Source of the DNA: Pelomyxa schiedti
Taxonomy: Eukaryota; Protista; Evosea
Direction of reading: 5' to 3'
Length of the DNA: 64,000 bases
Assembly (NCBI GenBank): GCA_020536535.1
Contig: JAHLWZ010000835.1
Coordinates: forward strand, 1-64,000
In this document: positions 12,023 to 26,443 of the stretch, piece after piece
Position numbering within the stretch: the first letter of the stretch is position 1
Layout: the number at the start of each line of letters is the position of its first letter
Notes under the pieces: model-generated
What the model was told of the DNA's origin: nothing
Seen by the model: the letters and a program-made list of their open reading frames with translations, nothing else
Database searches by the model: none
Made by a program: the position numbers and the translations under genes

Positions 12023-13906
12023 ATGAATGTGGTTCTCTGTAACACTATCGACCGTCTCATCAAGAGCCCCGTGAAGCAGTCGTCTTTGCAAGGTACCACA
12101 ATTCCTACTGTTTATTGTCGCTTCATTTTGTTTTTTTTTCTCAAAGAAAAAAAAATTAGTGGTAGGCACATCAGTGTGGGATAAAGTAACCCAAATACCA
12201 CCAACAATAAGCTCTCTAACAAGCCTGGAGGAAATAAATTGTATGCAAGAGGCTCAGCTCTCGGTTGATTAACTCTCATTTCAAGTGAGTAACCAGCAAG
12301 TGCAAAAACTGCCAAATGAAATTAGCTGTCTGACTGCCCTCCAGAAATTAGAAAGTATGTCACCAACTAAACTCTCCCCTTCTTAACGGAACACAGTTGG
12401 AGATAACAAGCTTTCTTCTTTGCCTCTTTGTATTTCATGTTTAACGAGTTTGAAGCATTTATACTGTAGGACACGCCCCTCATTTCAATTTTATCTGTTT
12501 AATATGTATAGTGTGGGGAAATCTGTTCACCACATTCCCTGAGGAAACTACCTCATTGACACAACTGACAACACTGGATTGTACACACCCCTCCACTTCA
12601 ATTTTCCCTTATTTTTTTTAGTGGACAAGAATAATATTTCCTCGTTGCCTTCCAGTATTTCTAGCCTAACTTCACTGGAAACCTTGTACAGTGTGCTTAT
12701 CTATTTCCCTTTTGCTCTGTATTCGCTCATTACATTATAGTGAGTGAAAATAAGATCACTCAAATTCCACCTGAAATATCCAACCTCATAAATTTGAAGC
12801 ACCTAAACCGTATTCCTAGCTTTTCTCCTTCCAAAACTCATCACTTTTAGTTTCACAAGCAAACATATACGAATTTCCACCTGAGATTTCTAATCTAACA
12901 AATTTGCAGAAGATTAATCGTGTGTCAGAAGTCGGTTTTTTTTGTTCTCTAAGAATTCACAGTGAGTGGCAATAATATAAAATCTATTCCTCCTTCCATT
13001 GGGGTTTGCAACTCCTTAGAAGAAATGAATGGTATGCCATAATTTTTTTTTTCTTTTACGTACTCACACCAACTAGTGGAGAATAACAATATCACGGAAC
13101 TTCCTACTGAAATAGGTAGTTTGACACGTCTAGAAACTCTTAATTGTACGTATTTTTGTGGTCAGTCTCTATCCAACTCTTCCTCAGTATCGCAGACAAA
13201 AGTTTCTGAGCTGCCAAGCTCGGTGAGTTGCCTTGCGAAATTGCACACCCTCAATAGTACTCTCCTAAAGAACATTATCCTTGTAATTCAACCACACTAG
13301 TGAGCAAATGCAACTTTAGCTGTTTCCCGCAGACTATTAGTAGCCTAACCAGTTTAAAGACTTTGATTTGTAAGTACCATTACCCTAGCCTAGGTATTCT
13401 AACTGCTACCTAGTATTCGGAAACAGCATTTCCGAAGTACCACTGTCGATAAGCTGCCTAACCCGCCTAGAACAAATAAATGGCACTCCTTCTCCTTCTT
13501 TTCCCAATTCTTACCTTTCCTTAGTTCAGAACAACCTGCTAAAGCGGTTGCCAATAATGTCTATTGGGCTTCTACACAAGCTTCGTTCACTTCTAAGTGT
13601 GTTTCTTGTATCCCCTGGTGTTTCCCTAAATTCGATTTCCAAGTTGACGGGAACCCGTTAGACCGGGGCTTGCTTCCAAACAGATTTGGCAATACTTTAG
13701 CAAAGTTACAGGAATTGTACAAAAAGAACAGGCTCGTGGTAATGATGGTATGTATCGAACCCCAACAACATTTCCGAACACAAAATCCCAAAAAGATATG
13801 TGGGTGGAAGCAACATGGAGGAAACTGGGGTGTTCTATCACCGCCATTACTACGGGAAATCCTTGTAGTGGCTATTGGGGAGGAGTTTCCAATATTAACA
13901 CTGTAA
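12023..13906 (+). CDS. Leucine-rich repeat protein, one 23-aa LRR per 69-nt exon, with short helical C-terminal tail
   Basis: Eleven consecutive 69-nt exons: 12286-12354, 12397-12465, 12512-12580, 12622-12690, 12741-12809, 12851-12919, 12963-13031, 13077-13145, 13188-13256, 13301-13369, 13414-13482. These are followed by a 72-nt exon (13525-13596). Each encodes approximately LxxNxIxxLPxxIxxLxxLxxLx. Confidence 0.92.
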
Positions 13907-13970
13907 ATTGTATTAACAAGAAACGCATTTTGGAATTTATTCCACAACAAAATCGCCTGCTGGCTCAAAA

Positions 13971-15986
13971 TCAATTTACAGAGGTGTCTTCAAGTTCAAT
14001 CATGCGTGTGTGGGTTGCTTCTGTTTTTCGGAAGCCCTTGATGAAACCTATTGTGATTGTGACTACCGCAATCTGTTTTTTCTGTCAGTCAAAGATAATG
14101 TGTGGGGGAACTCACACAACAAGTTACACAAATCACTAGGATAGGGGAAATTCGTTCTGGTATTACTTTGTATTCCGCCAGAAGGTAAATTATAAATCCC
14201 ATGCAGGGTCCGCCAACCTCAATAGGAAATCAGGTACGAATTGTGTAATTTGGGTATACATTTCCAAGACCCAACGCAAATTCAAATAAGGCACCAGATG
14301 ACACGTCAACACTCCCCACCTCAAAACTGTAGCACAGTCCAGAGGAGTAAATTGTACTATACGTCAGCCCAAAAGCAATCAGGCCAGCTTCCACTAATAT
14401 AGATCCCGGAACTGAAAACTGTGTTAGTGCCAGTTTTATCATAGCGAATGTAATGAGGTGATTCATACCAATGTCTCCCGAAAATACTACAATAGAAATT
14501 ACAGCTACCTAAGTTCGGTGCATTAAAAAGAAGGAAGGGAACTGGAACATACAGCAAAGCTAACAGGTAGAGATATGGATGTGACAATTGGGGTCACAAG
14601 TGTCCTGTACCAAATCCGAGTAAAAAACAACGTTGTAAACCCAACAACACGAGTGAACATCCATGTGGCGCCCATAAGAGCTTGGAATTTAAATGGTATC
14701 TGGATCATAAACAGGTTGGGTAGCGTCAGTGAGTAATTGGGTACAAACTCCTATGTCGCCAAGAATTACTGGTAAGTATGGAGTCAATGAACACATCACA
14801 AGTGTCATCATTGGCAATTGAAATTTTACGATCGTGTTGCACCTCAGAGAGACCAAAGGTATATGAACCTAGGTTTTTGTCATCTACTACCTGTAACGCT
14901 TCGGAGGAAACCTTTTTGTGATCCTCTTTAATGTTGTGAGGAGCAGGATTGGAAGTGAACCAAAATAGCAAGCATAACGTCACCGCATGGATTCCAGCAA
15001 CTCCACAAAGTGTCTCCAATGCGTAGCGACTTATCATGGGGGTAATAGCGAAAACAGCTACAACGACAGCTGAACTCCAAGTCATGTTGTATATTCCAAC
15101 TGTCCACTCCAAAGGCTTATTGCGAGAAGTAGTGTCTTAAGGAAATGCCTAACGTCAGAGTACCACCAACGCGAAAAACGGAGGAACAAAACACAGAACT
15201 AGTAAAAGATATAACCCAAGAAAATACAAAGTGATAAATGGAAAAGCGTACAGCTTTCGCACGAAGGCCAGAGCATGCAACAAACAAATGAATAGGGAAT
15301 TGCGGTAAAGTAAATGGGAAGTCCGTATCTAACAATAGTTTTATGCTGACTTAAAAATGGTGAGGAAGTACCTTCTAGCAGCCTCTTGTCCGAAGGCTTT
15401 ATCACAAACGAGGGGTACACACACAATCATACCTACTTACTGTCAACTCTGGATGGTCAGAAGATAGGGCACCCACCACATAGGATCTGGGTGGCTGCAA
15501 ACATCTTTCTGGCAGTCATTCCATACGCGGCAAACTTTTTAAGAATTAAATTGCTTGCAAGAGGAGCAGCCATTGAAGTCAGTCCTAGTCCAATACCCAG
15601 AATATACAGCTGCATTGCATTGAATCCATAGAACTCTGTGGGAAGATGAGCATATGCACACTCCTCTGGATATGAAGGAGGGTCGTACCACTGGCGATGA
15701 AGTAAATGGCAGTCGTGAGAATGCAAGAGCCTGAAGCAACGAAGAACAAAAAAACCAGAATGAGAACCATGTTCACGGGCACGTGCTGCGCATCCGTAGG
15801 GTTGGAATTAAGTGTGCTTGGCACAACGCCAACACTGCCATCGCCACTTTTTCGTGCAGTATCGTTAATGCAGATCTCGGCATCAGACGGTGGTGACGAA
15901 GGTGTAGATCCAACGATAATGGCACCATTCGCACCGTGCGGAAAAAGATACTCCTCGTTAGCACTCAATCCCGGTCCCGTGGCCAT
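13971..15986 (-). CDS. Multi-pass membrane protein, probable solute transporter
   Basis: Two clusters of hydrophobic helices (e.g. MVLILVFLFFVASGSCIL, AVVVAVFAITP, LYLLALLYVPVPFLLF) separated by a hydrophilic loop at ~14750-14950. Multi-intron; family not assigned. Confidence 0.6.
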
Positions 15987-16331
15987 GGTGGGAACTTTTA
16001 TTGTACTACTCGCTTTGAGAGGAACAAGACGCCCGGTGCATCTTGCCCATTCTAGAAGCACGTAGAACGAATGATTATAATATCCGATTTCAAAGCCATC
16101 CAAATCAAAAACACTTGGACACAGATCTATGCACCATTCACTCCCCAATTCCTCTGATTGTTTCAGAGGGCAAAAACAAACCTCAGCTTTTGTTTGGGCT
16201 GAGTTTCTAACAAGGAGGTGTTGTTGAGGGAAATTTCGGCTTCTCACTTTTTTCCTCGAATCCAGTAGTTCCGCGACACAGAAATCTCCGTTCGAAGGGT
16301 TTTCAGTGAGAAAGGAAAATAAATAACCAAT

Positions 16332-19300
16332 ATGCAACGAGGCAGGCCACCGCCCGCTGTTTGGCGCACGCCGACTTTCGTCGGGTACAACATTATGGGT
16401 CTTAGACACCCTCGTTTTTTTTACTTATTTCAACGTCGCGTAGTCATTTTTATTATTACTTTTTTTTTTCCCCCTCTGCCGCTGCTGTGTCGCATAGATC
16501 TCGGCTGTTACTTATGCAACGAACTAATAATAAATAGACTGTTGTGTGACCCGTTTGTCGATGGGACCGGACTGAGTCGCGGCCAACACCCCTCAATGAC
16601 AATGAAGGCATTAAACGAAATGTTAATGGCACTGATCTCGTCTCCGCCTCGTGACTTACCCGTACCAGTGCGTTCCCCCCCCTTTTTTTTTAACTTACGT
16701 ATTACATTCCACTTTTCTCTTCTATATTGGTTTTAATATAAAAAAGGGAGCTGTGCAGCCAACAGCGAGTGTTGCCACACCAACTCAACCGTCAGGCTCC
16801 CCTGATTCGTCTTCTACAGCGGTCACACCACAAGGTGTATCTGTTGCAGTAGCCGCTGCCGCACCACCAGAACAGAGACCCTCTGAGAGACCTCTTTTTT
16901 CTCCAATAAGTTCTATCAAGATAAATCTTTCCAAGAGTTAATGGGATTTGGTAGATCTAACAATTCTGGGTGAAGTGAGAGAGATGCTGGCTTCTTGTGG
17001 TGAATACACATCCGCTCTTGCTTCTTGTACTAAGCCTGAACAAATTGCAAACTTCATTACCAGTATGAATATTGTGCATGTTTCTCTTGCTTGCTAATTT
17101 CATAAGTTTTGCGACGAAAAATTACCGCTCTTGGGGTTGGACAGATGCTTCTTGTACCAGGTGGATGGAATGGACTTACTTCAACTTCATGGTTAACACA
17201 TATCGTTGAAAGAACCAGTCCAACTCAGTCAGTCTTTTTTGTCTCTCTTACAGCTGATTACTTAAAGATTTGCATTCATCACTTGCAATGCGGGATTAGG
17301 ACTTGAGTATCACCCCAGTATGCCACGAGACAGCGCCAAGATGCTTTATAAAACGTGTTTACGCATCGAGAGAATACCTCAAGAACGCATAACGGATGCA
17401 GCATTCTGGTCTCTTCTTCTGTCACTTTGGACAACGGAGTCAGAATACAATCGTGTAGAGGTAGTCGTTATGAGTGCTGCGCTCAGGCATTACCACTAAA
17501 ATCTAGATAATTTATGATGCCCTTCTACCTTGGCTTGCTGGGGGTAGGAACAGCCTTGGTGAAGCTAGAAATGGTGAAAGATTGTTATCACAAGCTTTCA
17601 TTGAAACTTATTCCGACCCTGCTGCTGATTGGCGGAGTCCCCAGTGCTCTAACACTTCTGCAACCAAGTAATAATACGAAGCCTAAGTCTACGTGTTCTC
17701 ATTTATACCCATAGGAGTGTTGTTGAAGCTATGAGATATGTACTAAGGAAGAGGGGGATGTCCAGAGACCAGACAAAACAATTGATCTTCTGTTTAAGGC
17801 GGTCTTTTGTACAAAAAGCAGGGAAAGATTTATTCAAAGAACAAAGTGGAAGGTTCACACTCACCATCAACATACTCTATTTTCTTAGCTTTCCTACAGC
17901 TGGTCAGAGGAATTAATACTGCGAGCTTCCCTCTGCGGACTTACAGAGGGTTCAAGAAACCCTTCACGTGGTGCACCCCTTCCAGTGGTCGATGTTAAAG
18001 TACTTACAATGGGATGCCTCCATCTATGCTATGTTGCAGCGAAAGAGAGTGAGGCTGGACGAATTTCAAATCTGGTTTTTCTTTTTCTCCCCTCCCTTCT
18101 TCCCCTCTTCTTAACTAGTATTCTTAGATGTTACGCCGAGTCAAAGAATGTGTTGAAGTTGTGCAAGCCATGGTTTCTGCATCCCCACAACAAGAAGGTC
18201 TTGATGGACTTCCCCCTGTACTGAAGGCAGAAATGTGTTCTCCTAACAAGGGGTAAGACAATGATTGCACCCGTAACCAGTCATTAACCTTTACAAGGTT
18301 TTTGGGCTTTCATTTACTTACTGAGACAAATGTTGACAAATACATTGGTGAACAATTTACTCCTACACCGCCACCAAACACAGATATTCTTTCCATTCCT
18401 CCGTTGGTTGAAAGGTAAGAAATTGATCTTCTTAAATGCACTCAAATACATGAAGTGCTGCCCAGGCACTGAGTGCAGTAGAGCAATGTATTCTAATATG
18501 TGATGAACTATTGGCCCGTTCACAGGACTCATCCACCTCAAGTCGCCTGTCAATCCACTTGCAGGTCCCTTGTTTTCCTTTCCTCTCTTTACTTTCATAC
18601 TCAACTTGTATCATATGTAGGTTATTTGTATCATAACACAACTTTTTACGGAGGTGCTTCCTCTGCCTCAAACTTTTGATAAGCCGTGTATATATAGAGA
18701 TAGGTCGTGGCTCACAAATTCCTTGTCTTTACCCTGACATTATTGGTAGACATTTCTTCTCCAGGGGTGCACAGCTGAACTTTCTTGAGAAGTTGTATAA
18801 ACTCACTTACACATATGCCTCAATTTGGCAATCAGTAGAACGCCCTACACGCAGTGCTGATTCACAACGTGCTCTTGTAGCAGGCTGCATCATCTGCATT
18901 TTTGATGCTGTTTTACGTTTTGTGGCTGAACACAATCCCCTCGATGTCTCTGTTCTTATGGCTGAGGACGGTGGCTATATGCAGCACCTTGGTGTTTGCA
19001 CCAATAATAGATCTTTTGAAGAAGTATGTGCAACAATGGAGTTGGTTAATCCAGTGCATGCAACTACCAGAAATGCTATGCTTTCTTACCTGAATTTCCT
19101 GAAGTTGACAACGTCAAATCAGTTATTTGCCTACAGGCATCCCGACAAAATAGAAATTAAGAAATATGGGGGAACAGTAACCTTCATGTGCAAACTTCTT
19201 GAACGAAGCAATACTGAAATTCACAGTGGGGGAAGTTCTGAAATGCAATCACTTATGAATTGGCTTCTTGGAAGTGAAATTACTTCCAAGCACCCAGAGT

Positions 19301-22300
19301 TCGCCCTTTGGAGAGGTTTGTTATTACCCTCCTCACTTTTCACAAATCTCTAACACCAAGCACACAGATATGGCATTACTTTTCAAGTTTCTTGCTACAA
19401 TGGATACTCTCGAAATGGAGCAACTTCGAATGAGGCAAGCTTTACGGCAAAATCAAAGTTTCCACATATCATTTGAAGATGCTGGAGGAAGGAGAGGTGG
19501 AAGTGGTTGGAATGTACAAGCTGAACCAATAAAATGGGAAGTTGTGAACTACAGAGGTGTTGATATTGATACCGCTGACGTCAAAGCAATAGCCTTCGGA
19601 ACTCGGGAGATTAACTTTGGTGAAGGTATTAATGTCTTCCTTTGAAGGTAGTTTTTAATTGTTTGATTTTCCTTAGGGCCGGTTGTACAGAGCCCAGCCG
19701 ATGTTGCAAAAATTCTTCGTGTACCTCTTCCCACAGAGGATGATGTCTTACATACTGATGATTTACCAACTTTTGGGGATACACTCAGCAGGGAGGAAAG
19801 TGAGCTGCTTATGTCTTATCTAACTGTTGATTATATGCGCATTCCACTTGTCCTTGGATTTTTCGCTTCTCGTGATCGAGTCATGTACTTGTATAATCCC
19901 CAGCTGCGTGACATGCTTCGTGCTGTCATTTTTGAACCGGGCCCATGGGTTCCCCAAGTTGACCATGAAGCCATATCCCAAGTCCCTGCCCGTCTCAGTG
20001 CTTTGCAAAGCAAACAAAATATTTTAAAGCGGCTTATGTCCGCAACGGCCCCAAAGGATATCAACACGCTTGGTACACCTGATGGCCTACTGTTAAATGA
20101 GTTACGTTACGCATGCTCTGCTTCGTTAGACCCTCTGTTATCCATGTTGCACGTCATAACTGACTTGGCAGATGCATCCCTGCGTTCTACTGACGCCGGG
20201 TTCATTCTTTTTATGATGCAACTTGCAATAGATGTGGACCACTATATAACCTATGTCATCTCAACCTCTTCAATGATTAACGCAAGCCATCCCCTCCCAC
20301 CCGCGGCAATTGCCTCCCTTGAGATGTACCACAAACGGTTGCACGATATGTTGATGGGTACTTGCAAGGGAATCCTCGCACACTGGAACTCAGAAGCCGA
20401 CGCAGACACTGATATTGAAAGTGCTTGTGTAGTGCGAGCTTACATTGCTCTGCTTTACTCTTCGCTGCGACCAAATGAATTGACTTTGGATGTTATCGTT
20501 GACTTCCTTGGAAGCATCGCCTATGTTAGGTTATATATCAGCCCTCATTTGCCTTTTGAACTAAATCGGCACACAGAAACTGGCATGGCTTTGGAATGGG
20601 ACAAAATAGGTCCGATCTTTTATGGGCATCAACTGATGGCGGGTCTGACCCAGAAGCTAGAATGATGCGGTTTCTTCAAGCATATGGGATTGACACAACA
20701 AAAATGGATCGAACAGTAGTTGACCAATTCTTGAAAGACCCCAGCAGGGCTGTTTTCTTGCACATTGATAACAGGGTAATTAGGGCTCCAAGGATTGTGA
20801 AAATCAAAGAGCCAGGAACCGAGGGTGAAGGAATTGATATTGAAAAGCTTCCTCCTGCAGATGTACCTGAGGAGAGACTCTTCAGTTTACTGCAGATACA
20901 CCGCAGGAGGTTAGTTGCATGGCTGGAAGCTGCTCCGACAGGAACTGTTGATTTAGCACTACAACATGTAGTAAGACTAGCCCTCAAGAATCCCCAATTT
21001 GAGTACAGTGGCTGGACACATTCCGGCCGAGGTAAATTTGAAGCTTCTAGGGCAGAAATTTCTTTTGATGCTCAAATGGCTGAATTTCTTTGGAGGAATG
21101 ACGAACTTCGACCCGTTCCTGACAGTATGACACAATTCTCCGATTTTGAAACTCTCTTTGGCAGAGAGGCCCTCCACTGTGGCATGGTTGCACGCAGCAA
21201 TCATCGATTGTGGGTTCACATTGTGGGAACAGACTATGACTTACAACAGTGGGATGTGGCAGGCACTGGTGACCAGGGCACAGGGTGCCCTATGCCGGCC
21301 TCGGGGATTGCTTCTGATGTCTGCGAGATATGTGGGCGCACAGGTCGCTGCTGGAAGTGTCCTACATGCACTGTGTCCAACTGTGGCACAAGTATGGATC
21401 CTGGTACACCGTGTTCTGTGTGTGGTACCCCCAAGTCTGGTGGGTCTAGCTCCCAGAATGAGAATGAGAATGAGACATCTGAGGGAGGTGACGAGGAAGA
21501 AGAAATTCCTCATCTTCCTCCAATTCGTTACAATTCCGTGTTATACAATAGGGTGTGGGATCACACCACTGCTGCTCAGCCCCCACCTGAAACCCCTCCA
21601 ACTGAGCAGTGGTTTGGTTTCGTACTTGCTCCCATTCTTCGAACACTTGGTCCCATTCGCTACGAGTTCCTCCTCCCACAAGAAATACTCTCTCGCGAAG
21701 CTCGGTTCGCTCACCTTTTGTGTTGTCCCAACTATGGAAAACCACAGGCCACTTGGAAGGAAATAACCATAAGCCGTAATACTGGAGGTATTTATGTTTA
21801 CAATTTGCAAGACTGGGGAAGGCGGTTATACCGATCACTCGTATACTCTTCAAAATGCAGTCTGAGCCTTCACAGTATGGCACCAGAAGCTATTGCACGT
21901 GCACAGGCTGGAGTACCTGAAAGCGCTTGTACAGCAGCTGGAAATTGGAAACAAGGAAGAAAAGTAGGTGAGTCTCTGGTGATTACCAGAAGGAATACCA
22001 AGCTTGGTGGAAGAGAAACGTACATACCTCCTCGCCTATTACAAGTAAGAATCTTTCCCATTCTAAAAAACTCCTCAATTTTTATTAAGGGTGTAGTACC
22101 TGGTGCCCTACTGGAAGCGTATCATATGTGGCAGGGTGAAGATAGTGTCATTCGCGGGGAGCCAATTGATCCCCAGTCTCAGTGGTTCGGCTATAGTGTC
22201 GAAATTACCATCAACAATGATAAAACTGCAAAAATTATTCGGAGGACTGCAGGTTCCTACACCCCAATCAAAACAAATGCCCCGATCTTTGCGTCATCGC

Positions 22301-25300
22301 TTCTACGTTATACCCGAACTGTGAACACCACAACCAACAATGGTCTGACACAATTGATGAACATGGGGTTTTCTGCCGCCGTTTGCAAGCTAGCACTTAG
22401 GCACTGCTCAAATAACACTGAAGCGGCAGCTGCTTGGCTGCTAGACGATAGCAACATGATGGAGATTGCGGGCGCAATGTCCACAGACGACCGTCCATCC
22501 ACACAACAAGGATTACTGCCTCTATTGGAAGAAGAAGGCTTTGGACACAACTCCAGTGTTTATGCCATGAACCTCTTTGGAGGTGATTTGGCTCACGCAA
22601 GGTCATGGTTGCTGGATGACTGCAATAAAGAAGTCATAGCGTCCCTGGAAACAACCCAAAAGCCCAAGCTTGCGTCAGAACCTGTTGCTGCCAGCCCAAC
22701 AACACAACCACAAGCAGTGAGTAGAGTAGGAGAATTGGAGCTGTTCAATCTCTTGGATTCTGAACCTGGAACTATGCTCCACCGATTAGTGCAATTACTT
22801 TCCAGGATTGAAGACGCATCACACATCCTTGTTTGGGGTGTCCCAGGTGACTTGCGGCAGTCTGCCCGAACAGACCGTAACTTCGTGAAAATATCTGCAG
22901 TGGAACTTCCACGAATAAAAGTGAAGTTCCAGCCTATGCAAGACGACGATGGTGTTGTGCGCCTATTTTTACTTGATCATGCTGGGTGGTTTGTAAGTGA
23001 TACCGCCACTGAAGGCCATATGGCAGGGTCAGGCTTCATTCAAAAGTTATTAGGAGGCATAGAAAATTGTCTTCTTCTAGAAAATCAATGCCGAGGTACA
23101 TTGTCTTTCATTGTATGAATAATGGTAACTTTTGTGTCAGAATTCCGAGTAATGGTTGCCAATCATGACTTGTATCGCCCACAAATATTCGGTCGCCCCT
23201 TCTCTACTCGACTTGTGTGCGACAGGGGTTCACTTGGTTGGACTGGAGTAATGGATATGAGATACTTCCTATATCCAGTTCACACAAGCAAAACTTTCCT
23301 TCTCACACCGTCCTTAAGCTCCCTTCTTTACCTTATTCTTCTCCGCGTTCTGAACAGGGAGTATGCCACAGCATTCCGTCTGATAGAAGGCTGTTATGTT
23401 GATACCACTTTTACTGCGGATGAAAGGTGGATCTTCTCGCAATTCGAAAGGACCATGGATGACCGGCACCCTGATGCTCACGCCATACGATTAAAGCTGT
23501 CTCTTGCTATTATGCATAGTGATAATCGGGTGCCATGGGAAGTTCACCAAGAGATGGATAAATACTTATCCAAGCTTGATCACGTATCCAGTGGGTGCAA
23601 GATTATACCTGAAGAAGAAATCGATCTCATGCTCCATTGCAAGCAAGCAACGGCTAGGCTACGCAACAGACTGGAGTTCCTAACAGCAATGCTAAGGCAC
23701 CGAAATTCTGCTGACCCCTCAGCTTTACCCCCTACAGTGACTCTAAAACCAGAACCTCCGAAGGTTGGTGGACAACCTTGGCTGAAAATGTCAACTTTGA
23801 CACCAATGTACCTTGACCACCATGGCCAACGTTTAACAAATTTAAAGTTCAAACTCCCAAGAGGTCTTCGGGTTCTTAGTGACGAGGCCCTTATTTCCAT
23901 GATATGGAAGCAAGATATTATGATTGACCAAGAAAGTGGCACCAACAAAAATCTTGGGTTTTTGTTCTTGTACGAGATTCTACGTGGCCAAATAAATATT
24001 CGTTTCAAAGGAGACGAAATATCACAGTCATTTGGTGAGTTGTACTCCCGCTGCTTCCACTTGAAGCTGTCAAGATGGGGAAGGGAAACTGTGGAAGAGG
24101 GAGAAGTTGAGAGCAGTTCTTCAGCTCAAATGGCAGCCCTGGCTGCTCTAAGCTGGGGAAAGTTATCTACTGACCCGAATGTATCATTGCCTCAAGTACC
24201 CGTGGATGACCGTACAACACACATGCTTGGTGAAGGCATCAATATATATAGTGCTGCGGCACGTGGTACCCCAATTAAAACATTTATGGAACGTCTGTAC
24301 AGTGACCTTACAAACGTGCTTGTTTCCAAGAGGGCCATACAAGATTCTACCCAAGCTGCACTTGGCATTGTTAGAACCAGTATATTAACCAGCAACACTC
24401 TGCGGGTTCCTGCAAACCCCCCTCCACCAGTGATATCAGCACTTCTGGATACCTCATGCAGTGTTCGCACTCTCCACACTTCCTCGTTCACTGGCACAGA
24501 TCTTTCTTGTTTTGCCTCTGCTCCCCTAGGTTTACCCCAACTGCAGGAGTATGTACTTCTGAGTGAAACACCCGAGACTGCCCTTGCTTCCCTTCCTTTC
24601 GACCTTACTTTTCATGGAACGTCACACACAGTTGTGGCTCAAGATATTTTGAAGAGAATGAATGATGATACGGTATTGTACGCAGCTGGAACCAGCAAGC
24701 AACGCACTCCGTACATTATACATATGTCTCCACTGGAAATTGAGCAGTTTGTTGCAAATCCAAGAATCCCGAACTTTGCGCAAGCCATTGAATCACTTAA
24801 CTCACTCATTGCAAAATTACACGCTCTTCAACAGGCGGATTCCAATATAGTGGAGCGCACAATAACTGAAATTATCCAAGCAGCGAACAATGTTGTGCTT
24901 GATGCCTCTGGGGAAATGACTGAAGAGCAGGCAAGGCGTTACAGGTTTGTAATGCGCCGTACTGCAGGGTACTTGCAACAAATCAACATGCTGTTTGCCT
25001 CTGCAACTTTGCTTTCCCAGCATGCAGAAGAGGATTTACGGCAACTGAATCCTTACATTGAGGCACCAGACCATATTTTGGATAAAGTTTCCTCTGTCAT
25101 GCTTTACTGTTCTCGTGTGAGCCAAGCAAATCGAGCAATTATGCAAGCAACGTCTTTACGAACTTTGATGCAGCATATTTCCAAACGCAGACCAGGATTT
25201 TTCACATCGGGTTCTAATGCAAACCTTCTCACACGTTCCTTCATGACTGGGCCCGACCCAGTGGTGGTGGAGCGCATCAACAACTTTGCTTCAACACTTG

Positions 25301-26411
25301 CTGAGACTCTCTTGTGCCGTCGCTTCTTTATTTCCAATGAGGATTCTGAAACCCACAATAGAACAGTGGATCCACGTTTCATGGTGTTCGAATATCTCTT
25401 TGATTTCATTCTGAGACGAAGACAAGTAGAAATGGTTCAGTCATTCATTGCCAAAGCACGTGCTGGTGACTCCAGTGTACAACAAATGATTATGGGTGCA
25501 GGAAAAACAACAGTCGTTGGTCCTTTGCTATGCCTGATCCTTGCAGACGGTGACACTTTAGTGTCACAAGTTATGCCAACAGCCTTATTGGAACAAACTC
25601 GTAACGTACTGCGCAGCTGCTTCAACACGATTGTAGTAAAGCATGTGTTTACTTTGCAGTTCGAACGTGGCGTGGATGACAGTAGAGAGCTTGTTTCAAC
25701 TCTATTTTCCAAGTTGGATCGCACTCGTAAACAACGCGGAGTTATCTGTGCCTCCCCGGAATCCATTAAGTCTTTGATGTTGAAATTTGTAGAACAGCTT
25801 CATGCCATTGAACAAGTCAATATAAACAGCTTGACCCCAACAGGCTCCCAAAGGACTACAGTTGAATCTGTACGCATGCGTGACCAGCTCCTAGCACGCA
25901 GCGATATGGCAGATGAACTGGTCAAGATTCTTGATATGTGGAAGCGTGGGGTTCTTATAATGGATGAAGTTGATGTACTACTCCATCCCCTGAGATCTGA
26001 GCTCAATTTCCCCATTGGACATAAGGACGCCATTGACATGTCTGGCCATCGCTGGGATTTGCCAATTCACCTCATTGATGCAATCTTCTTTGCAACCACT
26101 GGCCGTAGTTCTTGTGACGTACAGACTTTCTCAAAACAAGCAGCTGCACTCAAAGTCGATCCTGCTGCTCTCCTCAAAAGCATATCCGTTGCAGTTTCTC
26201 AAGGATTTGACGCACACAAAATGCAACACCAACCGCACCTTGTTCTTTTGGACCAGGATTGGTACCATGGCTCTCTAAAGCCACTTTTGGCTCAATGGGC
26301 ATTGTTATGGCTATATGACCGATTTGTTGGTGCTGTCACTGTTCCTAGTGAAATACTTTACAGTTACATAACTGGTGAAAATCCTGACACCCATAGAACA
26401 AAAGTATCAAC

Positions 26412-26443
<32 letters not shown>

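Noticed and set aside
12286-13596. Regular ~110-120-bp periodicity as a CRISPR-like array
   Set aside because: No identical DNA repeats; the periodicity is LRR exon plus intron.
16279-16290. CAGAAATCTCCG shared with 59209-59220, both upstream of genes, as a promoter motif
   Set aside because: Many 12-mer coincidences are expected in 64 kb, and a similar word occurs in coding DNA; not supportable without genome-wide enrichment.
16939-16941. In-frame TAA in the giant gene (and the TAA at 42617) as stop-codon reassignment
   Set aside because: The first lies in a 45-nt GT-AG intron; the second is in a gene with other lesions. TAA, TAG and TGA all terminate intact genes in this window.
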